A DNA stretch of 64,000 bases, from the NCBI GenBank assembly GCA_037139975.1, contig JBAXFJ010000001.1, forward strand, positions 48,586-112,585, read 5' to 3'. Shown here one piece after another: positions 1 to 9,340 of this stretch. Under the pieces are notes generated by a model, which did no database searches, was not told the DNA's origin, and worked only from the letters and a program-made list of their open reading frames with translations. The stretch is from a bacterium. GTDB taxonomy: Bacteria > Patescibacteriota > Minisyncoccia > Phycocordibacterales > SBAW01. The position numbers were made by a program, and so were the translations under genes. The number at the start of each line of letters is the position of its first letter. The stretch's first letter is position 1.

Positions 1-887
1 GTGCGATTATGTGTCCCCCACAACTCTTTAAAGCCCTGTGGAAAATGAAAATATACATCGTGCGCCGCGGCAGCATAGTGTGCGCGCTCGTTTTCGGCAT
101 GCTCGTGCCACTGCAAGTTTTTTTCCTGCATACCGAGCGTGCCTACCAAAAAGCTCCATGCAAACTTTCTCCAAGACTCATACACCTCTGTTTGAGTTTC
201 AGGTCGAATAAAGTATTGCATCTCCATCTGTTCGAGTTCGCGGACGCGAAAGATAAAATCGCGCGGGCTGATTTCATTACGAAAGGCTTTGCCAATTTGC
301 GCGATACCAAAGGGCAGCTTCGCGCGACTTGTATCAAGCACACTTTTGTAATTCACAAAAATAGAACCAGCGGTCTCGGGGCGCAGGTAGGCAACTGATG
401 AATCGTCTTCAATGGGGCCGACCCACGTCTTCATCATCATGTTGTACTTGCGTGGAGGAGTCAGCGTCTTTTTGCCACATACCGGACAGGCAACACCGTC
501 GAGCAGCTTGGTGAGCTCGTCTATATCGGTTGAGTCGGTATTCGCAAGATGGTCGGCACGCAGGCGCGAACCGCAGTTCTTACAATCAACGAGCGGGTCA
601 GTAAAACCGGCAACGTGGCCGCTCGCCTCCCACAGCTTTGGGTTTTGTATAATCGCGCCGTCGATACCAAAAATATTGTCTTGGTCCTGAACCACTTTTC
701 GCCACCACAGAGCTTTCAGATTGTTGGCAAGTTCGACACCGAGCGGGCCATAGTCCCAAAAACCAGCCAGACCGCCATAGATTTCGCTCGCAGGGAACAC
801 AAACCCGCGGCGTTTGCAGAGCGAGATTATCTTTTCCATAAGGCCTGCCTGCGCAGGCAGGTTTTCTGATTGTTCTGATTTATCCAT
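1..887 (-). CDS. glyQS: Glycine--tRNA ligase, alpha2 type; 3' end lies outside the window
   Basis: Not in the ORF track. The reverse strand reads MDKSEQ...[27 protein letters not shown] and [36 protein letters not shown] (class II motif 2). Confidence 0.92.
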   Translation of the reverse strand, partial: [295 protein letters not shown]

Positions 888-902
888 ACAAGTTATTTGA
901 GT

Positions 903-2858
903 TTATTGTTTTGGCGCGACTTGCCCCATACTGCTGGTAAACCCTGAGTCACCCAAAAGCGCGGTGGTGGGTGCTGACGCTTGAGCGTTTACCCCAACCT
1001 GAGCAAACCTGTCTTGACCCACAAGCGTCACGTCGCTGGTGAGTGCGGGCGCCTGACCCACTTGGCTCGCACTTGGCGACAAATTCACCTGAAAGCTGCC
1101 GGTGAGCGCGGGGGCACTGTAACCTACCCCCGCTTTGATGTTGCCGATGTTCCAAGATACTGTGCGACTTGATTTATCATAGGTGATGCCACTCATCCCA
1201 TCTGCCTGCCTAAATTGCACATAGGGCGGCAGCGTTGCCGACACCGCAGCGCCCCCAATACTATTGGAAGAATTACGTATCGTCCAGACGACCGTGTAAG
1301 ACGTGGTTTGCTCGGCCACCGGCGGCATAGGACCCGTGTTCTGGAAGGAACCCGAATAGTGGGTCGCACTTGCCGCAAGCGCAAGCGCTGAAGAGACGCT
1401 TACTTGTGTTGTGGCGGCAGAGGAAACCGTTTGTGGCACACCCGCATCACCCCCCTGCCGCGTGCCCGAGACCGCCACGTTCAAGTTGATGGTCGGGTTG
1501 GTATACACCGTGCCGCCCGCCCCCGGAGAAAGCACTGAAAAACTGAATGGGAACGAACCGCTGCCACCAGGAGGCACGTGCGCCAAGACATCAAGCTGGT
1601 CTTTGGACCAGGTGATCGTCGAATTTGCCGATTGATAAAAACCGCTGCTGGTTTGTATTGAACCCGCATCGAGCATCGGTCCCGCAAGAGAAAGCACGAG
1701 CTGCAGGTTGGAGACGGTGTCGGGTAAATTATTTTGCCAAGTGACCGCCCCCTGCACCACCTGCCCTGCAGACACGGCAACCGTCTTTGCAACAACCCCG
1801 TTGATGGCGATGTGCGCCGTGATGAACGATTGATGAACCGTGAGCGTTTGTGGCACCGACAAGAACGGCGTTTTGACGTGTGTGTCGGTCACGTCGCTGT
1901 CTGACCCAACCAAGAAGGTGAAAACGCGCTGGTCACCATCTTGCCCGTCAATGGACCCATCAAGATGGATTGTTTTTGATGCGCCCGACTCCAACGTACC
2001 CAGCCGCCAAAAGTTTTGTCCTACATCTGCGGCTGGAGTCGCTTGCATTGCCGCAAACCCAAACGGGTATTGCCCCTCAAGCACAGTGTCATGTATAGGC
2101 GCATTCGAGTTGTTGGTTATGGTTACATCCGACCCGAACTGCTGGTTTGCAATCGCCTCACTTGGCATCGACACAACCAGCGAGACTGGCGAAGAACCCA
2201 CGATGAAATCGAGCTCTGTTTGCTTGGTGAATATCGCATTTGAACCCGGGATGTTGTATTGAAGCGTTGCAAGCACTTTTTGCGAAGCCCCCTCCTGCCC
2301 ATAGAAAATAGCACTTGCCGTACGCTTGAGTGCTTGACCAGAAAAAACAGTTCCTAGTGACTGTCGTGCGTGTACCAGCGCCTGCGACTGGTCAGCAGGG
2401 TCGCGCGTCGTTTGAGGATAGTCGAGCAAAAGGTCGACCATCTGGAGCGGCACCTGGTTGCGATTGTTGATTAAAATCTGAAAGGTTGTTGGTTTGCCGC
2501 CGTCGATGACCGAGGGTGCGACAATCTGCATGTCGATATTCTGTGGTGAGATGGTGTTGCCTCCAAAGAAAAACATGTATGCCGCGACACCCATTGCACC
2601 AACAAAAAATAGGGCCGAGGTAATAAAAAACTTTGTGGCAAACGACACTTCTTGCTTCTTTTTCATCTGCATAAATTGAAGGATGTCTGATTTTTGATGT
2701 GGTTGTTCCCCTCCCCACGCGGTGGGTACGTGCACATCCTGCATCGAGAGCGATGTGCGTTGCACAGGGTCGATGTCGGGAGTCTCAGTGCGCGAGTAAA
2801 GCGCGCTCTTCAAGTCGTCCACCGCATCGGCATTCTTCTTCTTCTTTCTGAAGGCCAT
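903..2858 (-). CDS. Membrane-anchored protein with multiple Ig-like beta-sandwich (DUF11-like) domains
   Basis: Likely start is MAFRKKKK at 2858. One TM helix (FFITSALFFVGAMGVAAYMFFF) is followed by beta-rich repeats. Confidence 0.65.
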   Translation of the reverse strand: MAFRKKKKNADAVDDLKSALYSRTETPDIDPVQRTSLSMQDVHVPTAWGGEQPHQKSDILQFMQMKKKQEVSFATKFFITSALFFVGAMGVAAYMFFFGGNTISPQNIDMQIVAPSVIDGGKPTTFQILINNRNQVPLQMVDLLLDYPQTTRDPADQSQALVHARQSLGTVFSGQALKRTASAIFYGQEGASQKVLATLQYNIPGSNAIFTKQTELDFIVGSSPVSLVVSMPSEAIANQQFGSDVTITNNSNAPIHDTVLEGQYPFGFAAMQATPAADVGQNFWRLGTLESGASKTIHLDGSIDGQDGDQRVFTFLVGSDSDVTDTHVKTPFLSVPQTLTVHQSFITAHIAINGVVAKTVAVSAGQVVQGAVTWQNNLPDTVSNLQLVLSLAGPMLDAGSIQTSSGFYQSANSTITWSKDQLDVLAHVPPGGSGSFPFSFSVLSPGAGGTVYTNPTINLNVAVSGTRQGGDAGVPQTVSSAATTQVSVSSALALAASATHYSGSFQNTGPMPPVAEQTTSYTVVWTIRNSSNSIGGAAVSATLPPYVQFRQADGMSGITYDKSSRTVSWNIGNIKAGVGYSAPALTGSFQVNLSPSASQVGQAPALTSDVTLVGQDRFAQVGVNAQASAPTTALLGDSGFTSSMGQVAPKQ

Positions 2859-2883
2859 TACACAGAAGTATACTACAGCCTCG

Positions 2884-3543
2884 CTAGAGCCCCGTAGCAG
2901 TGAGGCTCTCGTTAATAGTGCGGATGAGGAAGGGGCGCGAGCGCGCCACTTCATCGGCAAGTTCGAGTGAGAAGAATCCGCCAACTGGCGGACCGGCCGA
3001 AGGGTTCGGCATAAACGGTGCAAGTTCCGTTGTCTGTGGCAAGTAGCCAAGGTTAGCAAGGACGCGCAGCACCAGCACACATTCTATCGACTCGGCATCT
3101 TTTTGACTTTCGGCACGCGCAAGGTGCGTGAGGCCATCGGTGACCAGCGCATAGAGCTCGGGCACCGACTCTTCACCATGAATGAGGCGCAAAAGTAATT
3201 TTGTGATACGTGCGAGCGACGCACGGCGCTGCGTGTGGGTAAAAGAACCTTGCTCAGCACCTTCTGTTTCCGCATTCTCGCTATTTTTAGGCAAAACAAG
3301 CAGCGCGCGTTCGGGACCCTCGACCCCCACCAGCTTCCATTCGTAGCGGCCACGCACTAAAGAAAAGCGCGCTTGCGTGAGTGTCTCGAGCCCATAGCGC
3401 AGCTTTGACTTGGCGAGGCGCGCGGAGCGGGCTGACGCACGAATGAGCCCCAGCTCTTTGGTGAACAATGCGACCGTGGTATTGGCCTCGCCTGCTCCAC
3501 GCTTGACCAACACCAACCCCTCGGTGACAAAAATCTTATGCAT
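2884..3543 (-). CDS. recO: DNA repair protein RecO (short form)
   Basis: N-terminal TEGLVL...GEAN...LFTKELGLIRASARSAR...SKLR; C-terminal LRVLANLGY. Confidence 0.8.
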   Translation of the reverse strand: MHKIFVTEGLVLVKRGAGEANTTVALFTKELGLIRASARSARLAKSKLRYGLETLTQARFSLVRGRYEWKLVGVEGPERALLVLPKNSENAETEGAEQGSFTHTQRRASLARITKLLLRLIHGEESVPELYALVTDGLTHLARAESQKDAESIECVLVLRVLANLGYLPQTTELAPFMPNPSAGPPVGGFFSLELADEVARSRPFLIRTINESLTATGL

Positions 3544-6500
3544 TCTCTTCTACAATCGTCAGTTCTGAAAGTCCTGTTGCCACCACGAGCGCGGCTTTGT
3601 GTTTGTGTGCAACCGTGGCTTCTTTTTCTGACACAACCAACTCATACACAGGTCTGTCTGAAATCACTAAGCCCTGGGTCTTGCGCCAGCCCTGGATGCG
3701 CCTCGTGAGGTCGCGCACAATTCCCTCTTCTTCAAGTTCAGGGGTGAGTTCTGTATCCAACCCGACTTCGCTGTTCAGGTTTTTGTCCTCTACAATTTCT
3801 TTGACGTTTATTTCTTCGGCAATGATTGCGCACAGCTCAGGCGAAAGCGTGAGTGTTTTAACTGAAAGTTTAGCGAGTGGTTGGCGGACCTTGATGCCTG
3901 CTTTCTCACGCTCTTGCAGCCCCAAAGAAGAGAGCTCGCGCACTTGGTTCATGTCTTTCAAAAGTTGCTCGTCTACCACCCCAGCCACAGGCCAATGTGC
4001 CAAGTGCACACTTTCTGCTTCGGTCTCATCCTCACTTTTTACCTTTTGGAACAAGTCCTCAGCAAAAAACGGCATTGCGGGCGCCATCACCAATGCGGTC
4101 GTGTAGAGCACGTGGCGCAACGTCGCAAGCGCTTGTTGTTTGTCGTCGCCATCAACTTTAAACCTATCGCGCGAGCGGCGTACATACCACGTCGAGAGGT
4201 CATCGATGAAGCTGGCCAGCGGCCGCATCGCCACGTCGAGCTCATATTTTTCAAACCCACTTGTTGTGTCACGTACCAATTCACCCAAACGTGAAAGGAT
4301 CCATCGATCTAATACATACAGGTCCGCCGAAACACGTCCTGCGAAAAAGTCCTCGGGCCTCCCTCGCCCGTCTTTAGACGAGCTTCGAGCCAGACTATTT
4401 TCTCGGACATCTTTCGGCTCCCCCATGCGCGAAGAAACTTCCAGCGAAGTGGGTACATACAACTCATAAAAACTTCGCACATTGTCGAGCCGCATCAAAA
4501 GTTTCTTGGCCACTTCTTCGACACTGCGCATCGAAAAGTTGAAGTCCTCGGCGTGCACTACCGACGAGCTCAAAAGTGTGTAGCGCAGGGCGTCAGCGCC
4601 ACATGAAGCGACCACGTCCATCGGGTCAGGATAATTCTTGAGGCGCTTGCTCATCTTTTGACCGTCTTGCGCCAGGACCATGCCATTCACGATGACATTT
4701 TTGTAGGGACTTTTGCCAAAGAGCGCAGTGCCCAAAACGATGAGCGAATAGAACCATCCGCGTGTCTGGTCGAGCCCTTCAGCGATGAAGTCGGCGGGAT
4801 AGCCTTTGGAAAACAGCCCGAGCATGCGCGTGGGGTGGAAGCCTTTTTTATTGAATGGATAGTGCCCGCGTGCAAACGGCATCGAACCCGACTCAAACCA
4901 ACAATCAAAGACGTCCGTGACACGCTTCCACTCACCATGTACCGCGTCGCCCAGCGGTACCTCGTCGATGTAGGGCCGGTGCAGGTCGAGCGCAAACGTG
5001 GCGCTGTGCGGATAGGCAATGAAGTCTATTTTTTTATGTTCAGCAAGAGTAAACAGATGCCCACGGTGTGTGCGCGACTCCATGTCTTTGTGGTCCGAAA
5101 TCGCGGCAATTTCGGTCAGGAGCCACGCAGGAACTTCGTGCGTCACAATGAGGATAGTCTTGCCACTATAGCGCTGCTCGATGTCAAACAAGAAGTCTCC
5201 CACCCGTGTGCGCACAGCATTGTAGTTTTCAGCCCCAACCAGGGCATGATTAAACTTGTCTGATAGCGTGGCAAAGAGCCCACGCCACTCTTCGATGCGT
5301 TTGCCTTCATGTTCTCCAAACTGAGTCTCGACGAGGCGCGTGTCGGTCATCACGACCGAGTTTTGCAAACCAAGCTCACGGCAAACAATCTGTGCGGTCT
5401 CTTGCGTGCGGACCAAAGGCGAGACAACAACCATGTCGATGCCCATCTTTTTGAGCGTCTGCGCCGAAGTGCGCACCTGCTCCTTCCCCACTTCGGTCAG
5501 ATTATTTTCTATTTCATTGGTTGAGTTGACGAACCCCTCAACATTGCTCTTGGCTTCACCGTGTCGCATCACCACATAGGTGTTGCCTGAGCGACGCACG
5601 AGCGAGAGCAGCTCTTTCACCGAGCCCACCACTTTCAATTCCTTGGTTTTGCTGTGACGCCACACGGGAATGGGCGCACCCCAGTAGCGGCTGCGTGAAA
5701 TAGCCCAGTCGGGCGCCGAGGCCAAGCCGTTTTGAAAACGCCCCACGCCCACATGGCCCGGCACCCAGGTCACCCTTTTGTTTTGGGCCAGGAGTTTTGG
5801 CTTGATGCTTTGCACATTTACAAACCACGAGTTCGCCGCCCAATTGAGCAGCGGCGTATCGCAGCGCCAACAGTGTGGGTAGGAGTGCGTAACTTTTTCA
5901 CTATGGAAAAGCAACCCGCGCTCTTTTAAATTTTCGATAATTTTTGCATCAGTCTCCATGTGCCGCCCTTTTGGCTTCACGGGCAGGTGGGCAAAGTCAG
6001 TGACGGTTGCCACAAACTTGCCTTCGTCGGTCACGTGGTGAATGAGTGGGATCTTTTCTTTTTGTGCCAATTCCAAGTCCTCGGCACCATAGGCAGGCGC
6101 CAAGTGCACGATGCCGGTGCCGTCTTCGAGCGTCACATAGGGCGCGGCATACACACGCCACGCGTGCGTTTTGTGTTTGTGCAAGTCGCCCACAAAATAA
6201 TCAAATGGCGGCGTGTATCGCTTGCCCACCAAGTCCTTTCCCAAAATCTCGCCATGGACTTTCACGTCGGCACCCAAAACCTTTTCGGCAAGTGCTTTTG
6301 CCACCACCACAAACCCATCGCCCACTTTTGCTTTCACATATACCGCTTCGGCATTAACCGCAGCAGCGGTATTGCCGGGGAGCGTCCAGGGCGTCGTCGT
6401 CCAAATGAGCAGTGAGGTTTCGGGCTCGTCCACCAGCGGCAGTTTGACGGTGACCGCAAAATCCTCGATGTCCGCATACCCCTGAGCCACCTCAAAGTTG

Positions 6501-7102
6501 GAAAGTGTGGTCGAGCAGCGCGGGCACAAATGCATCGCCTTGAAGCCTTCGTAGATGAGCTTTTTGCTGTGCAGGCGCTTGAACGCCCACCACACCGACT
6601 CGGTATAGGTGGCGTCCATCGTTTTGTAGTCGTTTTCCATGTCGGCCCAGCGCCCCATGCGCGGGATGATGCGCCTCCAGTCAGAGACGTCCTGCATGAT
6701 GCTCTTTCGCGCGGTCTCGTTAAATTTAGCGATGCCGAACTCTTCGATGTCGCGCTTGTTTTTAAATCCGAGTTGCTTCTCGACTAAATTTTCAACCGGG
6801 AGGCCATGGCAGTCCCAGCCCCACTGACGCGGCACGCGGAAGCCCTGCATGGTGCGGTAGCGCGGGATGGCGTCTTTGATTGATGACGCCAAGATGTGCC
6901 CATAGTGCGGCAAGCCGTTGGCAAACGGTGGGCCGTCATAAAAAATATACTCACCCTTGGGCGCGGGCTTTTGCAGCGACTTTTCAAAAATGTGGTGATT
7001 GTTCCAAAACGCGAGCACTTTCTCCTCGCGCTTTGCAAATTCTGATTTTGGCTTTTCGGGTTCGTGATGCAATTCCTCCCCTCCCTGGCTTTGCGTATCC
7101 AT
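3536..7102 (-). CDS. ileS: Isoleucine--tRNA ligase with an inserted histidine-phosphatase domain
   Basis: FYDGPPFANGLPHYGH (HIGH), WTTTPWT, DWAISRSRYWG and KMSKR; internal RHGE phosphatase motif. Confidence 0.95.
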   Translation of the reverse strand: MDTQSQGGEELHHEPEKPKSEFAKREEKVLAFWNNHHIFEKSLQKPAPKGEYIFYDGPPFANGLPHYGHILASSIKDAIPRYRTMQGFRVPRQWGWDCHGLPVENLVEKQLGFKNKRDIEEFGIAKFNETARKSIMQDVSDWRRIIPRMGRWADMENDYKTMDATYTESVWWAFKRLHSKKLIYEGFKAMHLCPRCSTTLSNFEVAQGYADIEDFAVTVKLPLVDEPETSLLIWTTTPWTLPGNTAAAVNAEAVYVKAKVGDGFVVVAKALAEKVLGADVKVHGEILGKDLVGKRYTPPFDYFVGDLHKHKTHAWRVYAAPYVTLEDGTGIVHLAPAYGAEDLELAQKEKIPLIHHVTDEGKFVATVTDFAHLPVKPKGRHMETDAKIIENLKERGLLFHSEKVTHSYPHCWRCDTPLLNWAANSWFVNVQSIKPKLLAQNKRVTWVPGHVGVGRFQNGLASAPDWAISRSRYWGAPIPVWRHSKTKELKVVGSVKELLSLVRRSGNTYVVMRHGEAKSNVEGFVNSTNEIENNLTEVGKEQVRTSAQTLKKMGIDMVVVSPLVRTQETAQIVCRELGLQNSVVMTDTRLVETQFGEHEGKRIEEWRGLFATLSDKFNHALVGAENYNAVRTRVGDFLFDIEQRYSGKTILIVTHEVPAWLLTEIAAISDHKDMESRTHRGHLFTLAEHKKIDFIAYPHSATFALDLHRPYIDEVPLGDAVHGEWKRVTDVFDCWFESGSMPFARGHYPFNKKGFHPTRMLGLFSKGYPADFIAEGLDQTRGWFYSLIVLGTALFGKSPYKNVIVNGMVLAQDGQKMSKRLKNYPDPMDVVASCGADALRYTLLSSSVVHAEDFNFSMRSVEEVAKKLLMRLDNVRSFYELYVPTSLEVSSRMGEPKDVRENSLARSSSKDGRGRPEDFFAGRVSADLYVLDRWILSRLGELVRDTTSGFEKYELDVAMRPLASFIDDLSTWYVRRSRDRFKVDGDDKQQALATLRHVLYTTALVMAPAMPFFAEDLFQKVKSEDETEAESVHLAHWPVAGVVDEQLLKDMNQVRELSSLGLQEREKAGIKVRQPLAKLSVKTLTLSPELCAIIAEEINVKEIVEDKNLNSEVGLDTELTPELEEEGIVRDLTRRIQGWRKTQGLVISDRPVYELVVSEKEATVAHKHKAALVVATGLSELTIVEENA
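4326..4418. repeat. Palindromic element inserted in frame in ileS
   Basis: Ends are GCCGAAA...TTTCGGC. Core GTCCTCGGGCCTCCCTCGC...CGAGCTTCG.GCCAGAC is shared, inverted, with 41551-41640 and partly with 9069-9140. Confidence 0.8.
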
Positions 7103-7194
7103 AGCCTAAAATATAGCACTTTCATGAACTTTTTGCTTTCTTTGGATTTTGGAGTATAAAAGAAATGGAGTGTCAGCGACGAAAGGAACCCAAC

Positions 7195-7530
7195 ATGCCG
7201 AACGGTCCCCAACCAGCTTCGAATTTTTGGAAGAAACAGGACGGAACGCAGGACGAAGAAAAGATTGCCTTGTTGACCGAACTGTGGAACGAGCGTGACC
7301 CCAACGACCCAAGCAAGCCGCGCTACCCCGCCTCTGAGATAGGCACAAAGATGGGCGCAACGGCGGAGGCTATTACCCAGAAAGCAAAGAGGCTCAACCT
7401 GTCTAGGCGCACATCATCAATTCCCAAAAAAACACCGAACCCAAGAGATGGTACGAGTCGGTCTCCTGGAAGTGGTCGAATTCTCGGATCAACCCTGGAC
7501 ATCCTACCAAGCCTACGTGGTCACCAATAA
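7195..7530 (+). CDS. GcrA-like helix-turn-helix protein
   Basis: W...EEKIALLTELW...ASEIGTKMGATAEAITQKAKRLNLSRRTSSI resembles the GcrA N-terminal domain; AAAGGA lies upstream of the ATG. Confidence 0.6.
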   Translation: MPNGPQPASNFWKKQDGTQDEEKIALLTELWNERDPNDPSKPRYPASEIGTKMGATAEAITQKAKRLNLSRRTSSIPKKTPNPRDGTSRSPGSGRILGSTLDILPSLRGHQ

Positions 7531-7552
7531 TCCTTGGTGACTTTTTCTTTTT

Positions 7553-9322
7553 TTACATCTCCTCGGGCGCAGGGATGCCGAGCAGGGTCAAACCATTCTT
7601 CAATACACTTTCAAATGCTTCGGTGAGCAAAAGCGCAGACTGCGGATTGGGGCCGCCCACCACACGCTCAACCATATACCAACTATTAAACGCCGAGGCA
7701 AGCTCGGTGAGATAGGTGGTAACGTAGTGGGGCTCAAGCTCGGCAGCAGCGCGCTCGACGACTTCAGTAAAGTGAATGAGCGTGCGCTCGAGCGTTACTC
7801 GTGGATTTATAGGCGAAGAAAAATCAGATGTCGCAGCGTTCCCTGACCAACCTGCAGCGGAGACAGGTGATTTTTCTTCGCCTGAGCCTGCTATGACGCC
7901 AGCTTCTTTTGCGGCCTTCATGATAGACAGTGCGCGCACGCGCGCGTATTGCAGGTACGGCCCCGAATCGCCCTGGAGCGAGAGCGATTTTTCAGGATCG
8001 AAGATAATATCTTTGCCGCTCCCCTGCTTGAGCACTGCATATTTAATCGCGCCCACCGCGATTTGCTCGGCGGTTTTTTCCACATCTTTTAATTCCCTCC
8101 CCTGCATCTTTTCTTTCGCCGCGTCTTTCAAATCCATCAAGAGTGACTCGCCGGTTATCGCATTACCCTTGCGCGACGACATTTTGCCAGTCGTGAGTTT
8201 AAGGAAGCCATGAAAGCGTCCAATCATCTTGCCCTCGAGGTCGGGAAAGACAAGTTCTGCCGCCTTACGCACCACTTTGAAATAATCTTGTATCTCGTTT
8301 GCGGTAACGGTAATAGACAGCGCGAAATCGCCTTTTTCTTTTTTTGCTTCAACCAGCCCAAGCTCTTTAGCCTCGTAGGTGGGCAGGCCCTTGCTGTTTA
8401 CAAACACGCGGGTATGCAGGCCATACTGCTCGCCTTTAAACACCACTGCGCCTTCGCTCTCTTCGAACACCTCTGGATGTTTTTTGACGATCTCTAAACC
8501 AACCGGCCCCACCTGACTCTCAAAAAAATAGTAGTCAAATTTTGTACCCAGCATCGCATAGAGTTTTTCAAAATGCTCCAGAGACTGCGCTCTGCCCGCT
8601 TCATACAGCGCGTTTACTGCGGCATCGGTTTTTTCATAAATAATTTTGTTGAGCTCGTCTACTTCCTCTTTGTGTGCGTCATAGCGTTCAGAGCCAAAGA
8701 CGTATGCCTCGCCCCACAAGCTTTCAGGCTTTTGCTGTTTGCCCCAAATGGCTTTGGCAACATGCACCCCCACGTCGCCTTGGTAGTTGGCGCGCGCGAC
8801 CGTGGCGCCGGCAGCTTCAAACAGATGCGCTATAGACTCGCCAATGGTGTTGGTCATTAAGTGGCCAATATGAAACTCTTTAAACGGGTTTGGATCGGTG
8901 TACTCCACCATCACCTTCTGGCCCTTGAGGTCTGATTTGATTTCACCAAATTCGCCCCCTGCGATTTTTTCTATCTCACTCGCGACAGCCTCGTGCGAAA
9001 GAAAGAAGTTAATGAACCCTGGGCCCGCGATTTCTATTTTTGAAATCCCTTCTAATGAAATGGAGGGGGAAACTTTCTGAAGAAAATGGTCTGGCCGAGC
9101 GGAGCGAGGAGATCCGAGGACCTTTTCGGAAGAAAGTTTCTCCTGAAGCATCTCGGCGATCTCCCGCGGATTCTTTTCGAGCTGTTTTGCAGCAATGAGA
9201 GCCGCATTGGTAGAGTAGTCGCCATGACTCATATCGCCGGGCCGCTCCACCACAAATGGTGCATCGGGTACGCCGAGCTCAACAAGGGCTTTTTGGATTG
9301 CGATGTATAGTGCTTCGCGCAT
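7553..9322 (-). CDS. argS: Arginine--tRNA ligase
   Basis: HGDYSTNAA, IAGPGFINF, VEYTDPNPFKEFHIGH, KMSSRKG and GDSGPYLQYA. Confidence 0.96.
   Translation of the reverse strand: MREALYIAIQKALVELGVPDAPFVVERPGDMSHGDYSTNAALIAAKQLEKNPREIAEMLQEKLSSEKVLGSPRSARPDHFLQKVSPSISLEGISKIEIAGPGFINFFLSHEAVASEIEKIAGGEFGEIKSDLKGQKVMVEYTDPNPFKEFHIGHLMTNTIGESIAHLFEAAGATVARANYQGDVGVHVAKAIWGKQQKPESLWGEAYVFGSERYDAHKEEVDELNKIIYEKTDAAVNALYEAGRAQSLEHFEKLYAMLGTKFDYYFFESQVGPVGLEIVKKHPEVFEESEGAVVFKGEQYGLHTRVFVNSKGLPTYEAKELGLVEAKKEKGDFALSITVTANEIQDYFKVVRKAAELVFPDLEGKMIGRFHGFLKLTTGKMSSRKGNAITGESLLMDLKDAAKEKMQGRELKDVEKTAEQIAVGAIKYAVLKQGSGKDIIFDPEKSLSLQGDSGPYLQYARVRALSIMKAAKEAGVIAGSGEEKSPVSAAGWSGNAATSDFSSPINPRVTLERTLIHFTEVVERAAAELEPHYVTTYLTELASAFNSWYMVERVVGGPNPQSALLLTEAFESVLKNGLTLLGIPAPEEM
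7811..7883. repeat. Palindromic insertion in the 3' part of argS
   Basis: Perfect 16-bp inverted ends AGGCGAAGAAAAATCA / TGATTTTTCTTCGCCT. Confidence 0.7.
9069..9140. repeat. Palindromic element inserted in frame in the 5' part of argS
   Basis: Ends are GAAACTTTCT / AGAAAGTTTC. AAATGGTCTGGCC and CCGAGGACCTTT are shared with 41551-41640. Confidence 0.8.
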
Positions 9323-9340
9323 AAAAATTACAGTACCCGC

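Noticed and set aside
9-869. Plus-strand ORFs 9-398, 412-690 and 549-869
   Set aside because: They are antisense shadows of glyQS. The same applies to most short ORFs opposite long housekeeping genes.
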